This document shows, piece after piece, positions 50,010 to 61,400 of a stretch of DNA of 64,000 bases. The first letter of the stretch is position 1. Each line of letters begins with the position of its first letter. A model generated the notes under the pieces. The model was not told where the DNA came from, searched no databases, and saw nothing but the letters and a program-made list of their open reading frames with translations. A program made the position numbers and the translations under genes. Source of the DNA: an uncultured virus (IMG/VR IMGVR_UViG_3300033571_026375) (lineage: Duplodnaviria > Heunggongvirae > Uroviricota > Caudoviricetes); IMG/VR virus record IMGVR_UViG_3300033571_026375, positions 1 through 64,000 of that record; one strand, given 5' to 3'.

Positions 50010-53000
50010 TTACATCTTTGTGGACATTAGTATCCATTGGCCATTTAGAAATGTAAATAATCCAACACTATTAGTATCTGCATCTAAATCTAATGGATTA
50101 CTATATGTGGTATTATATGATAAAACTTCTTCTGTATTAAGATCTAGTAGACTTGCAGGAACGTAAGCCTTATATATCGATACTGTATTGGGTCCATTGA
50201 TGGTTCCGGATGTAAGTAACGGCCTATTATATATTGGTTCATAAAACCCATTTTGAGAGTCATATCTGCAATATAATGCTGCTCCACGAGGAGCAGAAAA
50301 CATACCCGCCGTATCTTTCACAAATACTAATTTGCGTAAACCAGAAGGTAGAGGACTATTGCTGTATGATGATTCTATGATTGCTCCTCTTACAGGATTA
50401 TCATCTAGTAGATCGTTTTCTATAGCAACCCACACTGGTTTATAATTGGCTCCAATGGTCCATACATTGGCTCCGCTGTCCCAACGTAAATCTATGGGTC
50501 CTACGGGCCATGTGGATGGTAATTGTCCCCATCCTTTAAAAAATGTATTGTCTTTATATGGTGCCGAATATTTTCCATCTGCTTGTTGTACTTGATTTTT
50601 GAATACGGGATTACCTTCGTTATCTCTTTTGATATCTCCGTTGGCTTGAAGTTGATATTCTCCGGAAGAATTCGGTATAGGATAGCCCTCTAAGTCATAT
50701 CCCCAAGAGTGTAACATTAATGGTCCTCTTAATCCAAAAAATCTAACATTTTGTAGAGGTGTCTGAAACGATGCATCTGCTTCTATTAAATTAATATCAT
50801 AATCATTGTAATTTTTATTAATTGTTGGAGATAAAGAGGCTCTTAATCCATCATTGAATTTTGGCAAAGTATTACCGAAAGAAACAATGTCTATGCTATG
50901 ACCGCAACGATCCGTTTTTTGTTTGTTCATATAACAACTATAATCGCTACCAGTAGCAGACATAATCATAGGATTTAATGTATAATTATTAATAATACAA
51001 GAATTATATTGAAAGCTAGTATCTCTATCTGAGATGATCTGTAAATCTGTTCCGCTAGCCAATAAGAAAGGAGGTGTTGTTTCATTGGGTTGGGCACTGG
51101 TCTTTTTATTGATTTTGTCATCCGGAACACAAAAGTCGCAGGATTTAGTTTTTTCAGTAAAACTGTTTTTAATAGTAGTAGTAGTCGCATCAGAACTATT
51201 AGTATTAGTAGGATCTAATAATGTAGATGCCTGAGTAAATTCTTTGTAGGTATAAGTTCCTTGTCCTTTACAATGAGGACATTTGCTTCTAGGATAATAT
51301 GAGATAGAATAAGTAGTACCATATTTAGTAGGATAAAAAGAAATTGGAGAAAATAATCCATCTAAACTCATAATTGCGCGAGACTCGTAGTCTCTAGGAG
51401 AACCACCCAACACCCCATCGAGTTCTTGAGGATCATATATCTGAGATACTGTTTGCTGTCTCAGCATATTTTTAGGATCAGATGGTAAATTTGTTGGAAT
51501 AATAGGTCTTAAGTGCCAATCCGGATTAAATTTAAGTTGAGTATAAGCATCTGTAAGAGAACTATCAGAATGAATCATTGGATATGATCCGCCAACTAAT
51601 ACATTCACAGGACTATATGCCATGCCTTTTGGTAGTCTGCCAGCTCTATCTGCGGCTGGATCTCTAAGCTGCATAGTTCTAGTCAGTTGGCTTCGGATGC
51701 TGTCTACTAATTCTTTTCTATTCGTCAAAGCTTGTTTACCAAATTTTTGCATTAAATCTGATTGATTTTTATTAAAATAACCTAGCTTTCTGCTGTAAGT
51801 TCTAAAGTGGTATGTTGTTTGATAGCCATCTGTTCCGATGGCCACCTGTATACTGTTACATACTGGTCCGTAATTATTGATCAATGTGCTTCCTATGTGC
51901 GTATCTCTCAACATAATGCCTGCCACTGTTAAACTTCCGGCCTCTAATACTTGTTGATATTTATTATTATCTGCTAATTTAGTTAATATTGCTGTATCCA
52001 TTAAGTCCATGCCGCCATATTCCCACGGAACATAAGAATCTGATATATCAACATCGACACCTCCAACTATATTATTTGTCATAGCATTAGCACCAGCCTG
52101 GCTCAGATCAGGGAAAATAATGTTCGAAATTAATCCTGGATGACTGATCCATGGTCCATATATAGATAGATTATCTCTAATCGGAATAGCAGCAAAACAA
52201 GGAGTAGGACATTTCGCAGCTATGGGCAGATGTTGCTCACTACCTCCCAAAGAAATAGAGGGAGGAAAAGCGCTAGTATTAAAAACATGGTCTAATAACC
52301 CTAAAATTACTAAGAAAGTGTTTGGATTAATACAATTACCCCTGCGTATTCTAGATTGTATCATACCGGGTTCTATGGCCTGCTCGATACCCTCTACAAC
52401 CGAAGTATACAAATCTTCATACATAGTTTTTACAAGACTATTATGAGATGCATGATGAATTTTGGAAGTATTAGATACAACACAATATTGAGCATTTTCA
52501 CTAAATATTATATTTTTATTGACTTTATTCTCTGGGGCGGTTTCTAAAATACTACCAGTTACATACATTTTATATTTTTTATCATCTGGTATAGATCTAC
52601 CATACGAATCATTGAGTGTAGGAGGGTTAGTATTAAATCCTGGTCGTAGGGTCCCGTTCAAAAGAGTGCTTTCATACGGCATTATAACAACCTTATCCGG
52701 ATCAAGATCGTGTACTAAAGGAAAATACCATTTATCTCCACTAAATTCAGCATATTTTGATCTCATACTCATTAGTGTTCTGCCCCAAGGGCTCATAGAA
52801 TCTAAATCAAAATAAGTAGCATTATCCCATTCAGCAGAAGCGTTGAATCCTAAAATGGGTGGGAATTTACCATTTTCTGTTGCTAAAGCGGTAGCGGCAG
52901 CTGTTCCTATTTGCATAGTATCATCCAAGAAATTACCCTGTTCTTCCCAGCCCGAGTCACATACCTGATACGAATAGTATGCAACACCATCAGGGCCAAT

Positions 53001-55337
53001 CCTTCTTTGTATATTTGGTAGTCTCACCAAGAAATTTTTGCCATAGTGTTCGCCAAGATTTGATGCTATAAATTGATGTAATTTTTTTAGTGTATCAAAT
53101 ATGCCTTCTAGATATGGAATAGAATTACCTGGAGATATTCTGTTACCCGTATGTCCAGCTACAGGTAGCGCGCTCATTTTGGTTTGTCCTTTCAGTATGC
53201 CTAATCCACCCAATATGATTTGATTCGCTATCTGCTGACCATGTTTATCAGCTATAAATTTTTGAATTAACGAAGTTGAAGGTAAAGAAAATCCAAATTT
53301 AACAGGTTCAAGGACGTAGGAAAGCCAGGAATCGAATCCTGCGATAGCAGCTCTAATTTCATTTTCATAAAATGTGATGAAACCTCCCCATCCTCCGGTG
53401 CCCTGAACTGGAAAAAATGGCTGCAAGTCAGACAAACTTACATTAACCTGTAATTGTCTAAGTTTTCGATCATAAAAAACCTTTCTAATACTACCATCTG
53501 TATTTCGTCCAAAATAAGGGCTGATGAGATCATAGGATATGGGATAAGCATATCCAGAGTATCCTTCACAAGCTCGTCCAGGAGATGGGAAAGACGGAAT
53601 TTCTTCGTCTTTTAACGAAGGGGCAGTTGTTGTATAATTACCTTTTGTAACAGTAGTATTACTGAATCCTAATGTCTCGGAGGATAGAAAATCATTATCT
53701 GTTTGTGCAGTGGCCGCTCCTCCGTACGTTCGATATGGTAAGCCAAAACTAGAATCATATGCCCTAGTGGAACTTGGTCTGGGCCAACGAATAGTATTAC
53801 GAGAATCTCCTGTAGATAATGTCGTATCAGTCATATCGTTTCCGATAGGCATAAAATTCCCGGTTGCTATATCAAAGACCCGAATATTACGATATCTGGA
53901 TAATGTATGGTTCATTACCTGAAATAATCTTTCTTGCTTACCTCCTATTACAATTTTTCTTACTTGCTCATCACTATATTCTTCGCCCGCATTGAAAGAA
54001 ATAACTCTATCCGCAGCTCCAAATGTAGAAACAAGATTTTTTAAAACCTTAGGTGGAGGCTGAATATTTCTATTATATGTATTGATAACTATACGACCAG
54101 TAAAATCGCTGCCGCTTAAATCAGGAATAATCTCGGTATTCCAGTCCATTCCCGCTCCGTCGCAACAAAAAGTAATGAATTGATCTAGCTCTATAACATT
54201 AGTCAGATCCATATAGATATTTGGATCTGGTCGTGGAACTTGACTAAGATCCAATCTAAACAATGGTCTAAAAACCTGGTCTACAGCCACTTTATGATTC
54301 ATTAGCCCTAGGTGTGTTAAATTAATAGTCTTACCACCATACATAAGAGATGCATTTTCGGGATTAACTATTCCTACATTATTATTGTTTGTGTATTCTA
54401 TTAAGCTTTTAGCTACTATTGCACCGTATGGAGAAAATTGATTTGTTTGAATACCATTACTATTATTTAATAATAAGTTGAGAGTATCATATATTTGAGA
54501 AGCATTAACTCCATATTGGGATATTAGAGTAGAACCATATCCTATGTTTTGTAGGAATCCGAAAATATTAATAACATTGGGAATGTTGCCCTGAATAATC
54601 GTATTAGTATACGAGTTGATACTAGTGTCGCCATAAGGAATAGCGAGACTATTACCTCCTGGTAAAGCACCAGCAGTACTACTAATTAATGTGGATATAG
54701 AGCCATAGTATTCATTAACAATTAATTTAACGCCCTTCAGCATGCTACCAGGCCCCATTAATTCTACACTGTATGTTCCGCCTTCATAAGCCCATTTGTT
54801 AATTAGTCCTCCAAACATTACAGTATCAAATCTAAAGTAACAAGGAACTCCAGCCACACCGAAAAGTCTTCTCCCCATAAACGAATTGTCTCCTACAAAA
54901 CCGGGATCGGGACCAACCCAATCTATAGGATTTGCAGCTAAGTTGTGTGGATTCCAGCATTTTTTACCTAGATCTTTTAAACTAGCTTGAGGAATATTGG
55001 TAATATCATCTACAAGTCTGGTAACTTCTATATTTTTTTCTTGTTGAGCAATATTTTTTCGCAAAGTATGAGACAGATCTGCGCCATCAATAGTAGGATC
55101 AAATAATGTATTGGTCACTGTATCCGCAGTAGATGTTATAGTATCTGCATATGTAGTCGATGGTAAAAACGCCGGGTCGGATGGATGAGAAGATAAGTCT
55201 TTGATCAATTTTATAGTGCATGTTGATGGTTCGGACCCCCATGCTAGATTTTGACCTATATTAGCAACGCTACAACCTAAAAATAATGTTTGAGCAAAAG
55301 GCCCGCATTCTTTATAGCTAAAATTACATATGGGCAT
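50010..55337 (-). CDS. large tail/baseplate hub-like protein (1775 aa)
   Basis: Downstream of tape measure; FLGCSV..WG.EPSTCTIKL N-terminus; LEAGSLTVAG..IGTDGYQTTYHF hub-like strands. Confidence 0.6.
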   Translation of the reverse strand: MPICNFSYKECGPFAQTLFLGCSVANIGQNLAWGSEPSTCTIKLIKDLSSHPSDPAFLPSTTYADTITSTADTVTNTLFDPTIDGADLSHTLRKNIAQQEKNIEVTRLVDDITNIPQASLKDLGKKCWNPHNLAANPIDWVGPDPGFVGDNSFMGRRLFGVAGVPCYFRFDTVMFGGLINKWAYEGGTYSVELMGPGSMLKGVKLIVNEYYGSISTLISSTAGALPGGNSLAIPYGDTSINSYTNTIIQGNIPNVINIFGFLQNIGYGSTLISQYGVNASQIYDTLNLLLNNSNGIQTNQFSPYGAIVAKSLIEYTNNNNVGIVNPENASLMYGGKTINLTHLGLMNHKVAVDQVFRPLFRLDLSQVPRPDPNIYMDLTNVIELDQFITFCCDGAGMDWNTEIIPDLSGSDFTGRIVINTYNRNIQPPPKVLKNLVSTFGAADRVISFNAGEEYSDEQVRKIVIGGKQERLFQVMNHTLSRYRNIRVFDIATGNFMPIGNDMTDTTLSTGDSRNTIRWPRPSSTRAYDSSFGLPYRTYGGAATAQTDNDFLSSETLGFSNTTVTKGNYTTTAPSLKDEEIPSFPSPGRACEGYSGYAYPISYDLISPYFGRNTDGSIRKVFYDRKLRQLQVNVSLSDLQPFFPVQGTGGWGGFITFYENEIRAAIAGFDSWLSYVLEPVKFGFSLPSTSLIQKFIADKHGQQIANQIILGGLGILKGQTKMSALPVAGHTGNRISPGNSIPYLEGIFDTLKKLHQFIASNLGEHYGKNFLVRLPNIQRRIGPDGVAYYSYQVCDSGWEEQGNFLDDTMQIGTAAATALATENGKFPPILGFNASAEWDNATYFDLDSMSPWGRTLMSMRSKYAEFSGDKWYFPLVHDLDPDKVVIMPYESTLLNGTLRPGFNTNPPTLNDSYGRSIPDDKKYKMYVTGSILETAPENKVNKNIIFSENAQYCVVSNTSKIHHASHNSLVKTMYEDLYTSVVEGIEQAIEPGMIQSRIRRGNCINPNTFLVILGLLDHVFNTSAFPPSISLGGSEQHLPIAAKCPTPCFAAIPIRDNLSIYGPWISHPGLISNIIFPDLSQAGANAMTNNIVGGVDVDISDSYVPWEYGGMDLMDTAILTKLADNNKYQQVLEAGSLTVAGIMLRDTHIGSTLINNYGPVCNSIQVAIGTDGYQTTYHFRTYSRKLGYFNKNQSDLMQKFGKQALTNRKELVDSIRSQLTRTMQLRDPAADRAGRLPKGMAYSPVNVLVGGSYPMIHSDSSLTDAYTQLKFNPDWHLRPIIPTNLPSDPKNMLRQQTVSQIYDPQELDGVLGGSPRDYESRAIMSLDGLFSPISFYPTKYGTTYSISYYPRSKCPHCKGQGTYTYKEFTQASTLLDPTNTNSSDATTTTIKNSFTEKTKSCDFCVPDDKINKKTSAQPNETTPPFLLASGTDLQIISDRDTSFQYNSCIINNYTLNPMIMSATGSDYSCYMNKQKTDRCGHSIDIVSFGNTLPKFNDGLRASLSPTINKNYNDYDINLIEADASFQTPLQNVRFFGLRGPLMLHSWGYDLEGYPIPNSSGEYQLQANGDIKRDNEGNPVFKNQVQQADGKYSAPYKDNTFFKGWGQLPSTWPVGPIDLRWDSGANVWTIGANYKPVWVAIENDLLDDNPVRGAIIESSYSNSPLPSGLRKLVFVKDTAGMFSAPRGAALYCRYDSQNGFYEPIYNRPLLTSGTINGPNTVSIYKAYVPASLLDLNTEEVLSYNTTYSNPLDLDADTNSVGLFTFLNGQWILMSTKM

Positions 55338-55351
55338 AAATATTATTCCTA

Positions 55352-56863
55352 TTAACCATTAGCACATTTGGTATATTGCCACGTAACTGACTTTCTAATT
55401 CTATTTTCATTCATATTAATATTATTAGTATCAGATGTTACCAAGCCTGTATATGGTGGCTTTGGAGCAAAACCCGAGATATAGGCACTAATACTATTTA
55501 ATATATTATTATCCACTTTAAACTTCCTAAGTCCAGTGGGAGGTTTAAAAACTCCCTCATAAGTAGCAGTCCTTTCGCCAATGCCGGATGACGATATATA
55601 AAAATACACCACCGGACCCAAACGACGACCAAGTACAGGAATATTAGATATTCTTGGTAATGGCCCATTGTCGGTTACATTAATCATTTCGGATAATGCG
55701 CCACTAATAATAGATCCAGAAGAGCGATTATTAAATACGTATGTATATTCTATAGTTCCATTAGTAGGATTAAATCCTTCAGTAATAGATATGGGAATAT
55801 TATGTAGGAATGCGTTCTGTGTGATTCCCGGAATATTAGAAACAGGATTTGTCTGTGATCCATTATATTCCATAGCTCTAAAAAACATCAATCCGGTCAA
55901 GGAGAGGTATCCGCTTAGTGCATTAGTATATTTCATATTGCCTGTGTGTACTATTCCACTTAATAATGGAGTAAGAATACCGCCTCCACTGGCAATGGTA
56001 GATAAATTACCAGTAATAGAATTTAGACTAGTAATTTTATGCAATCCTTTGATCGTGCCATTAATTTTAATCTCTTTAGTAAAATCCTCACTCATACTAG
56101 TGGATACTGTATAGGTGTCTATCCATGGTTGTCCATTTTTGTGTATAAAATCATCACTAAAATTTATAGACCCCCTACTTTCATCTATGTCTATTGATCT
56201 ATTATAGTCGTATAATGAACCAGTATCCGGTATGAGACCTGTCAGATATGATTGTCTGCTATTGATCCACTCTACTGCTTCCGATAAAGCTCCGTTCTGT
56301 CCTGCTTTATTAGCCGTTGCTGATAATCTTCTAGATATTTTATATGTTGGATATATAATACCGGTCTCTATATATAATTCATTCCAATTGGTTTCAATCT
56401 CGACACTTTCTTGTACGGATCTAAGGTTTCGAGGCTTGGAATTCAGAGATCCACTAGACATTCCATCAAATAATTCTATTTCTATAGTATAATCTATCTT
56501 ATTAACTGCTCTATCCTGATTAGTATCAAAATTAATACTGCTGATATAACCAGAGCCACTTACAAATGGTTGAGATCCTGCTTTGATTATACATAATGAT
56601 GGCTCTCTTTGAGATAATAAAGTATTTTTTAGATCGATGGCTTTTTTTAATAGTCCCGATGATGGAGCAGATGAGAATGAAGAACCATAATGACTACCCA
56701 ACTTATGTAAATAAATGATACCCTCTAAACTTATGGTTTGAGTAGAAGATAAATATTGTTCGGAGGATGTTCTATTATTTTTGTTATCTATTGTAACCCT
56801 GGGAGTTGGGTATCCACTAATAGAGTCAAAAATAAAATTTCCATAAGCTACGCTTAATAACAT
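55352..56863 (-). CDS. virion structural protein, paralogue B
   Basis: Likely start MLLSVAYG at 56863; aligns by eye with 56865-58445. Confidence 0.7.
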   Translation of the reverse strand: MLLSVAYGNFIFDSISGYPTPRVTIDNKNNRTSSEQYLSSTQTISLEGIIYLHKLGSHYGSSFSSAPSSGLLKKAIDLKNTLLSQREPSLCIIKAGSQPFVSGSGYISSINFDTNQDRAVNKIDYTIEIELFDGMSSGSLNSKPRNLRSVQESVEIETNWNELYIETGIIYPTYKISRRLSATANKAGQNGALSEAVEWINSRQSYLTGLIPDTGSLYDYNRSIDIDESRGSINFSDDFIHKNGQPWIDTYTVSTSMSEDFTKEIKINGTIKGLHKITSLNSITGNLSTIASGGGILTPLLSGIVHTGNMKYTNALSGYLSLTGLMFFRAMEYNGSQTNPVSNIPGITQNAFLHNIPISITEGFNPTNGTIEYTYVFNNRSSGSIISGALSEMINVTDNGPLPRISNIPVLGRRLGPVVYFYISSSGIGERTATYEGVFKPPTGLRKFKVDNNILNSISAYISGFAPKPPYTGLVTSDTNNINMNENRIRKSVTWQYTKCANG

Positions 56864-56864
56864 A

Positions 56865-58445
56865 TTAATAGAATCCTTGAGGAAAATATGCTTTTTGATA
56901 CTGCCAAGCATATTTAATACTATATTTGCCATTCATAATATCATATGACTCTTCATTGGCTGTTACCCAACTAAAATATCCTGGTCCAAACTGAGCAGAG
57001 GAACTTATCGGAGTTAATTTATTAGGATTAAATTGTTCTATAATACCAGTAATTTGTGATTTAGCCAAAGGAGGTATGGCTGCTCCTGTGAGAGGTTTAA
57101 TAAATGTGGCTTCATAAGTAACGGTGCGAGAAGGAATTGACCTGGTACCTATATCTTGAGGTAGTGGCATGCGATAATAAACATCTTGCATGTTATATGT
57201 ACGAGTAGAAAAACTATCTTCAAAGTTTAAAGATTCTGTGATAGCTCCTGTAACTAAACATAATGGTCTAGAATTATATGTGTATGAATAACCAATACTG
57301 CCTTCTACAATATTATGATCAACATTAGCTGATATAGGTATTGGATTCAATCCTGTATTCAAGCTATATTGATTCGCTAAGCCGCTCAAACTGCCAGTAG
57401 GAAATATTGTACTTAAAATTCTAGAAAAAATATTGGGTTTTACATGACCATAGTATCCTCCGCTAGCATTCTTGAACTGAGTTCCACTAAAATTAGACAT
57501 ATATTGATTATTTAAAACGTTATTATACATAACTGGTGAAACAGTAAGATCGTTAAGTCCTTTTACTGTGCCTTGGATGCTCACAGTCCTTAATAATTGG
57601 TCGTTTACTTCGTTATTGATAGTAAATGTGTCTATCCATCCAGAAGCTCCGAGTCCACTCATGGCTATAAAACTATCTTTGATGCTATACTGTCCATCTA
57701 TCTCGCTAGCGGATATCACAATAGATCTATCTAATAATGTTAGATTATTAATAATGTTATTAATTTGAGGATTAGTATTTAGTATGCCTGAAACAAAGTT
57801 TTTTGCATTGTTTAATGCAGAGTTGGCGCTTCCACTGGTATATATTCCTACAGCAGAAACATCTCGTGTTATATTATAGACAGGTAGTCGTTGTGTCTGT
57901 ACAGAGTTAGGATAATGTGGGGTAGTAGTAGAAACCGGATGATAATAATAATGATTATCTTGAGCTATTTGGATACTATAATTATCGCTAAAGTCTGATA
58001 TATAAAATCCAGTATCTGGAATATAATTAGAGTGTCCACTATTGGCTACAGATAAATTAATAGTATAATCTACTATTTGATTCCAGTTATCATCCGTACT
58101 ATTATTAATATTAACACTCTCAATAATAGTAGATAAAGGATTAGATTTATATATTTCTGTACTACCACATTTAATTGTTAAGGAAGAATAATCTTTTAGT
58201 CCTGTGGATAAAAATCCGATACCACTCGCTAGGGTTGTCCATGCATTAGAAGTCGCGGGATCATTAGCATTCTTCGCATCGTTGAGTCTGCCTGAACCAA
58301 AAATAATTCCATTTAATCTAATTTTGTCAGTAGTTCCTATGATATATCCTGCTTCTGATCTGTTGATTTGAGTATCGAAAGATACCAAGGGGTCATTACC
58401 CAAACCACTAAATGCAAAGCTTCCATATGAAATCGCTATGCTCAT
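56865..58445 (-). CDS. virion structural protein, paralogue A
   Basis: Shared motifs with the neighbour: YG.F.F, DYTI, P.Y.I.R..SA, WIDT, GT.KGL, PIS, RT.TYE..F, WQY. Confidence 0.7.
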   Translation of the reverse strand: MSIAISYGSFAFSGLGNDPLVSFDTQINRSEAGYIIGTTDKIRLNGIIFGSGRLNDAKNANDPATSNAWTTLASGIGFLSTGLKDYSSLTIKCGSTEIYKSNPLSTIIESVNINNSTDDNWNQIVDYTINLSVANSGHSNYIPDTGFYISDFSDNYSIQIAQDNHYYYHPVSTTTPHYPNSVQTQRLPVYNITRDVSAVGIYTSGSANSALNNAKNFVSGILNTNPQINNIINNLTLLDRSIVISASEIDGQYSIKDSFIAMSGLGASGWIDTFTINNEVNDQLLRTVSIQGTVKGLNDLTVSPVMYNNVLNNQYMSNFSGTQFKNASGGYYGHVKPNIFSRILSTIFPTGSLSGLANQYSLNTGLNPIPISANVDHNIVEGSIGYSYTYNSRPLCLVTGAITESLNFEDSFSTRTYNMQDVYYRMPLPQDIGTRSIPSRTVTYEATFIKPLTGAAIPPLAKSQITGIIEQFNPNKLTPISSSAQFGPGYFSWVTANEESYDIMNGKYSIKYAWQYQKAYFPQGFY

Positions 58446-58454
58446 ATCTAATCC

Positions 58455-61400
58455 TTAAAATGATGCCGATAAATTTATTCCGCTGGGGTGATTGAGCTGT
58501 TGAATATCTACTGTAGTATTCCATAGAATACGATAATCTGCCAGTCCTCTTGTTACGAACGCTAGTCTCTGTGCATTCCCATCTGTGACTCCAGTAGCAT
58601 AGATAGGATCCTCTGATCCCCAATTTAATAAAGAACTTTTATATACTGTGATGTTTGGTGTTCCTAAAATAACAGCCTGTCGGGTATTCTGATTGTCACG
58701 ATACGTAAGGAATGCTCCTTCTAAAGTTCCAGCTACAGCCCGTGGATTATTTTCTTGTTCAGCGCCGGCAACAATACTATATGCTAAACCACAAAATTGT
58801 GCTTTATATAACCAAACTGACTTACCATTCCATTCGATAAGGTTCGAGCTAGATGGAGTATATAGATATCTAGTGCTAATAGTATTAGTGGGAGACGGAA
58901 GAGGTGATACATCTTTGGTAAAATCAGAAACTAATTCAGTATTTGAGTTATTGCTTGTTCTACCTTTGAGATAAAACCTAGACAACTGACTAGATCCTCT
59001 ATATTGTGGATCTATATTAGTATCTAAGAAGGGAGTCCCAGCAAATACATGGGTATTATTACATGAATTTTTTCTGCCTCCAGGACCAATCAATAGTCCC
59101 GGAATAAGATTATCGTTAGTGCTACTGCTGTCCGGCTGATAAAATCTTGCTCCTCTCAAATCAGTATTCCATTTTACTCCGTCCCAAACCAAGTTAAGAC
59201 CATTATCATCTGTTGATAAATTAGTATTATTGCCGGGTCTGCGATTTAGAATGCCTATATCTATATTCGCACTACCTTGTGTTCTAGGTTGAGCATATAT
59301 CGGGAATATGCCACTGAATTGAGGAGATATGTCTAAGGCCGAAAAACTTACTACTCCATCATCATTGACTCTGAGGTATCTTTGACCTATGGGAGGAAAT
59401 TGATTACCATTTAATATAATTTGAAGCCCTTCCGTATATATACGACCCGGGACTACTAACTTATTTGCTGTGATGTTCTGCCATTGTGTGGCGCCACCTC
59501 CAGCAGTCTGTCTAATTGTAGCATCAGGAGCTATATTGACGCCTAGTATCCCATTAGCTGTATTATAATGTAATCCATATCTCGCATTGGGAAAATTGGC
59601 TCCGGAATTCATAACACTAAAAGGTTGACCATAGCCAGCATTATTAATAACTGTACCAAAAGATGAGGTAGAGCCTAGTATAATATTACTAGTGGTATCT
59701 GTAAAACCAGCAAAATTTAAAGTTTGAACATCAGATAGCACACCTGTAGAACCGATAGTTAGAACTTTATCATTGCTAAAAAACTTTATATCATTACTAC
59801 CAGAAGCTAACGAATTTCTATTAGAGAATAACACGGTATTACCTGGCATATTTCTTACCTGTAATGCTCCATCAGTATTAGAAACATTCAATAATGTGCC
59901 AGTTAAATTAAGAGGTAAAAATACTTGGTCTGTAATAGAATATCTATAGAAATGACCAGATACTCCCGTTATATTGTAGAACTGAATAGCATTATATTTA
60001 GGTAGAGTTTTGAGTAGATTAACACGAAGATCATAGCCTTCTACTCCTTCTATCAGTCCGACACCGGACCCCTTCACTGTAATATTGTATGAGCTATTAT
60101 CATCGACCGTATCATTAATAAATAAGCCAGATGGAGTAAGTATGAATGCGTCTTCAAAATCGCCAATATTAGTAGCAGACGGTTTGAGATATGTTAAAAA
60201 TTTACTAACCGGATTAAATACTAGTTCACTAATTCCGCTAGCAACCTTATTATTAATGCGATATAAAATACCATTATTAATACCAGATAAATTAACAGGG
60301 AACTGCCATGTGGCGTTTCCACTAGCATCAGAGGTCAGAGTATATCCTGGAATACCGCTTAGGCCTACTCGTAGAGTATTGGTTGTTAATGTTCCACTAA
60401 CATCCAAGGTAGATCGTGGTACGCTAGTATTAATACCAACTCTATTCTGAGCTAGATTTGCTAATAGAGTAGTGCCAGCTAATCTACTATTAAGTATTAC
60501 TGTGCTTTGAGAAAGACCAGTATTAAAAACGATAGTATCATCATCAAAATAAATTTTATTAGCATTATTACTACCAATTTGCACACTATTATTAGTATAA
60601 TTAGTAATACCATAACCAATAACTATATTATTCACTCCTGTCACACTATTAGATCTGCCCAATATTAATCCACTAGTATTGGGATACCTATTACTATCTC
60701 CTATAACAATATTACTATCGCCATATAACGGATCTCCAACAGGATCTGTCAAATCATTTCCATTTTGATATGGCATTACCCAACCACTAACTGTAACAGA
60801 CGGTGATGGTAACGATCCGTCGAAAGTAGACTGAACTCCATAATCAACACCTACTGGAGCAATACCTTCGCTTAAATTAATAAGAGTAAGGCCATCTACA
60901 TTCTGATATGATACTGAATCTACTAGTCTTATATAGATATTATCGGTAGCAGCAGGATTTACAATAGATACTAATACCCTATCTCCATTTTTGTAGTTAG
61001 CTGTCACATCTCCGTTGATGATGACAGTTGCAGCATCTACAATACAAGGATTTCTAGATCTTCCAATAAAATTATTTTTCCCATAAACAATATTATTTAA
61101 ACCCAATAGATCATTATTGTCTCCTATACATAAGCCACTAACTACAATCTCATTATTTCCAAATAAAATATTGCCATCTCCAAAAGAATATACTGGTCTT
61201 TTAGAGGGATTATTAATAATAGAAGATGAGCCAATCGATGTTACTCTGCCACCTAATATATTAGTAAAGTCGCCCAAAATAAAGTTGTTGTTGCCGATAT
61301 TCTGTGTGTTACTAGTATTTTTTATGTTGTTGAAAGAACCAATAGAATTAAAATTACTACCATTGAGATAATTTTTATTTCCTACTATAGTAGTATTAGT

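Noticed and set aside
55352..58445. Both paralogues listed as exactly 526 aa
   Set aside because: Coincidence of ORF calling: the second gene probably starts at 56863 (503 aa), right after the upstream stop.
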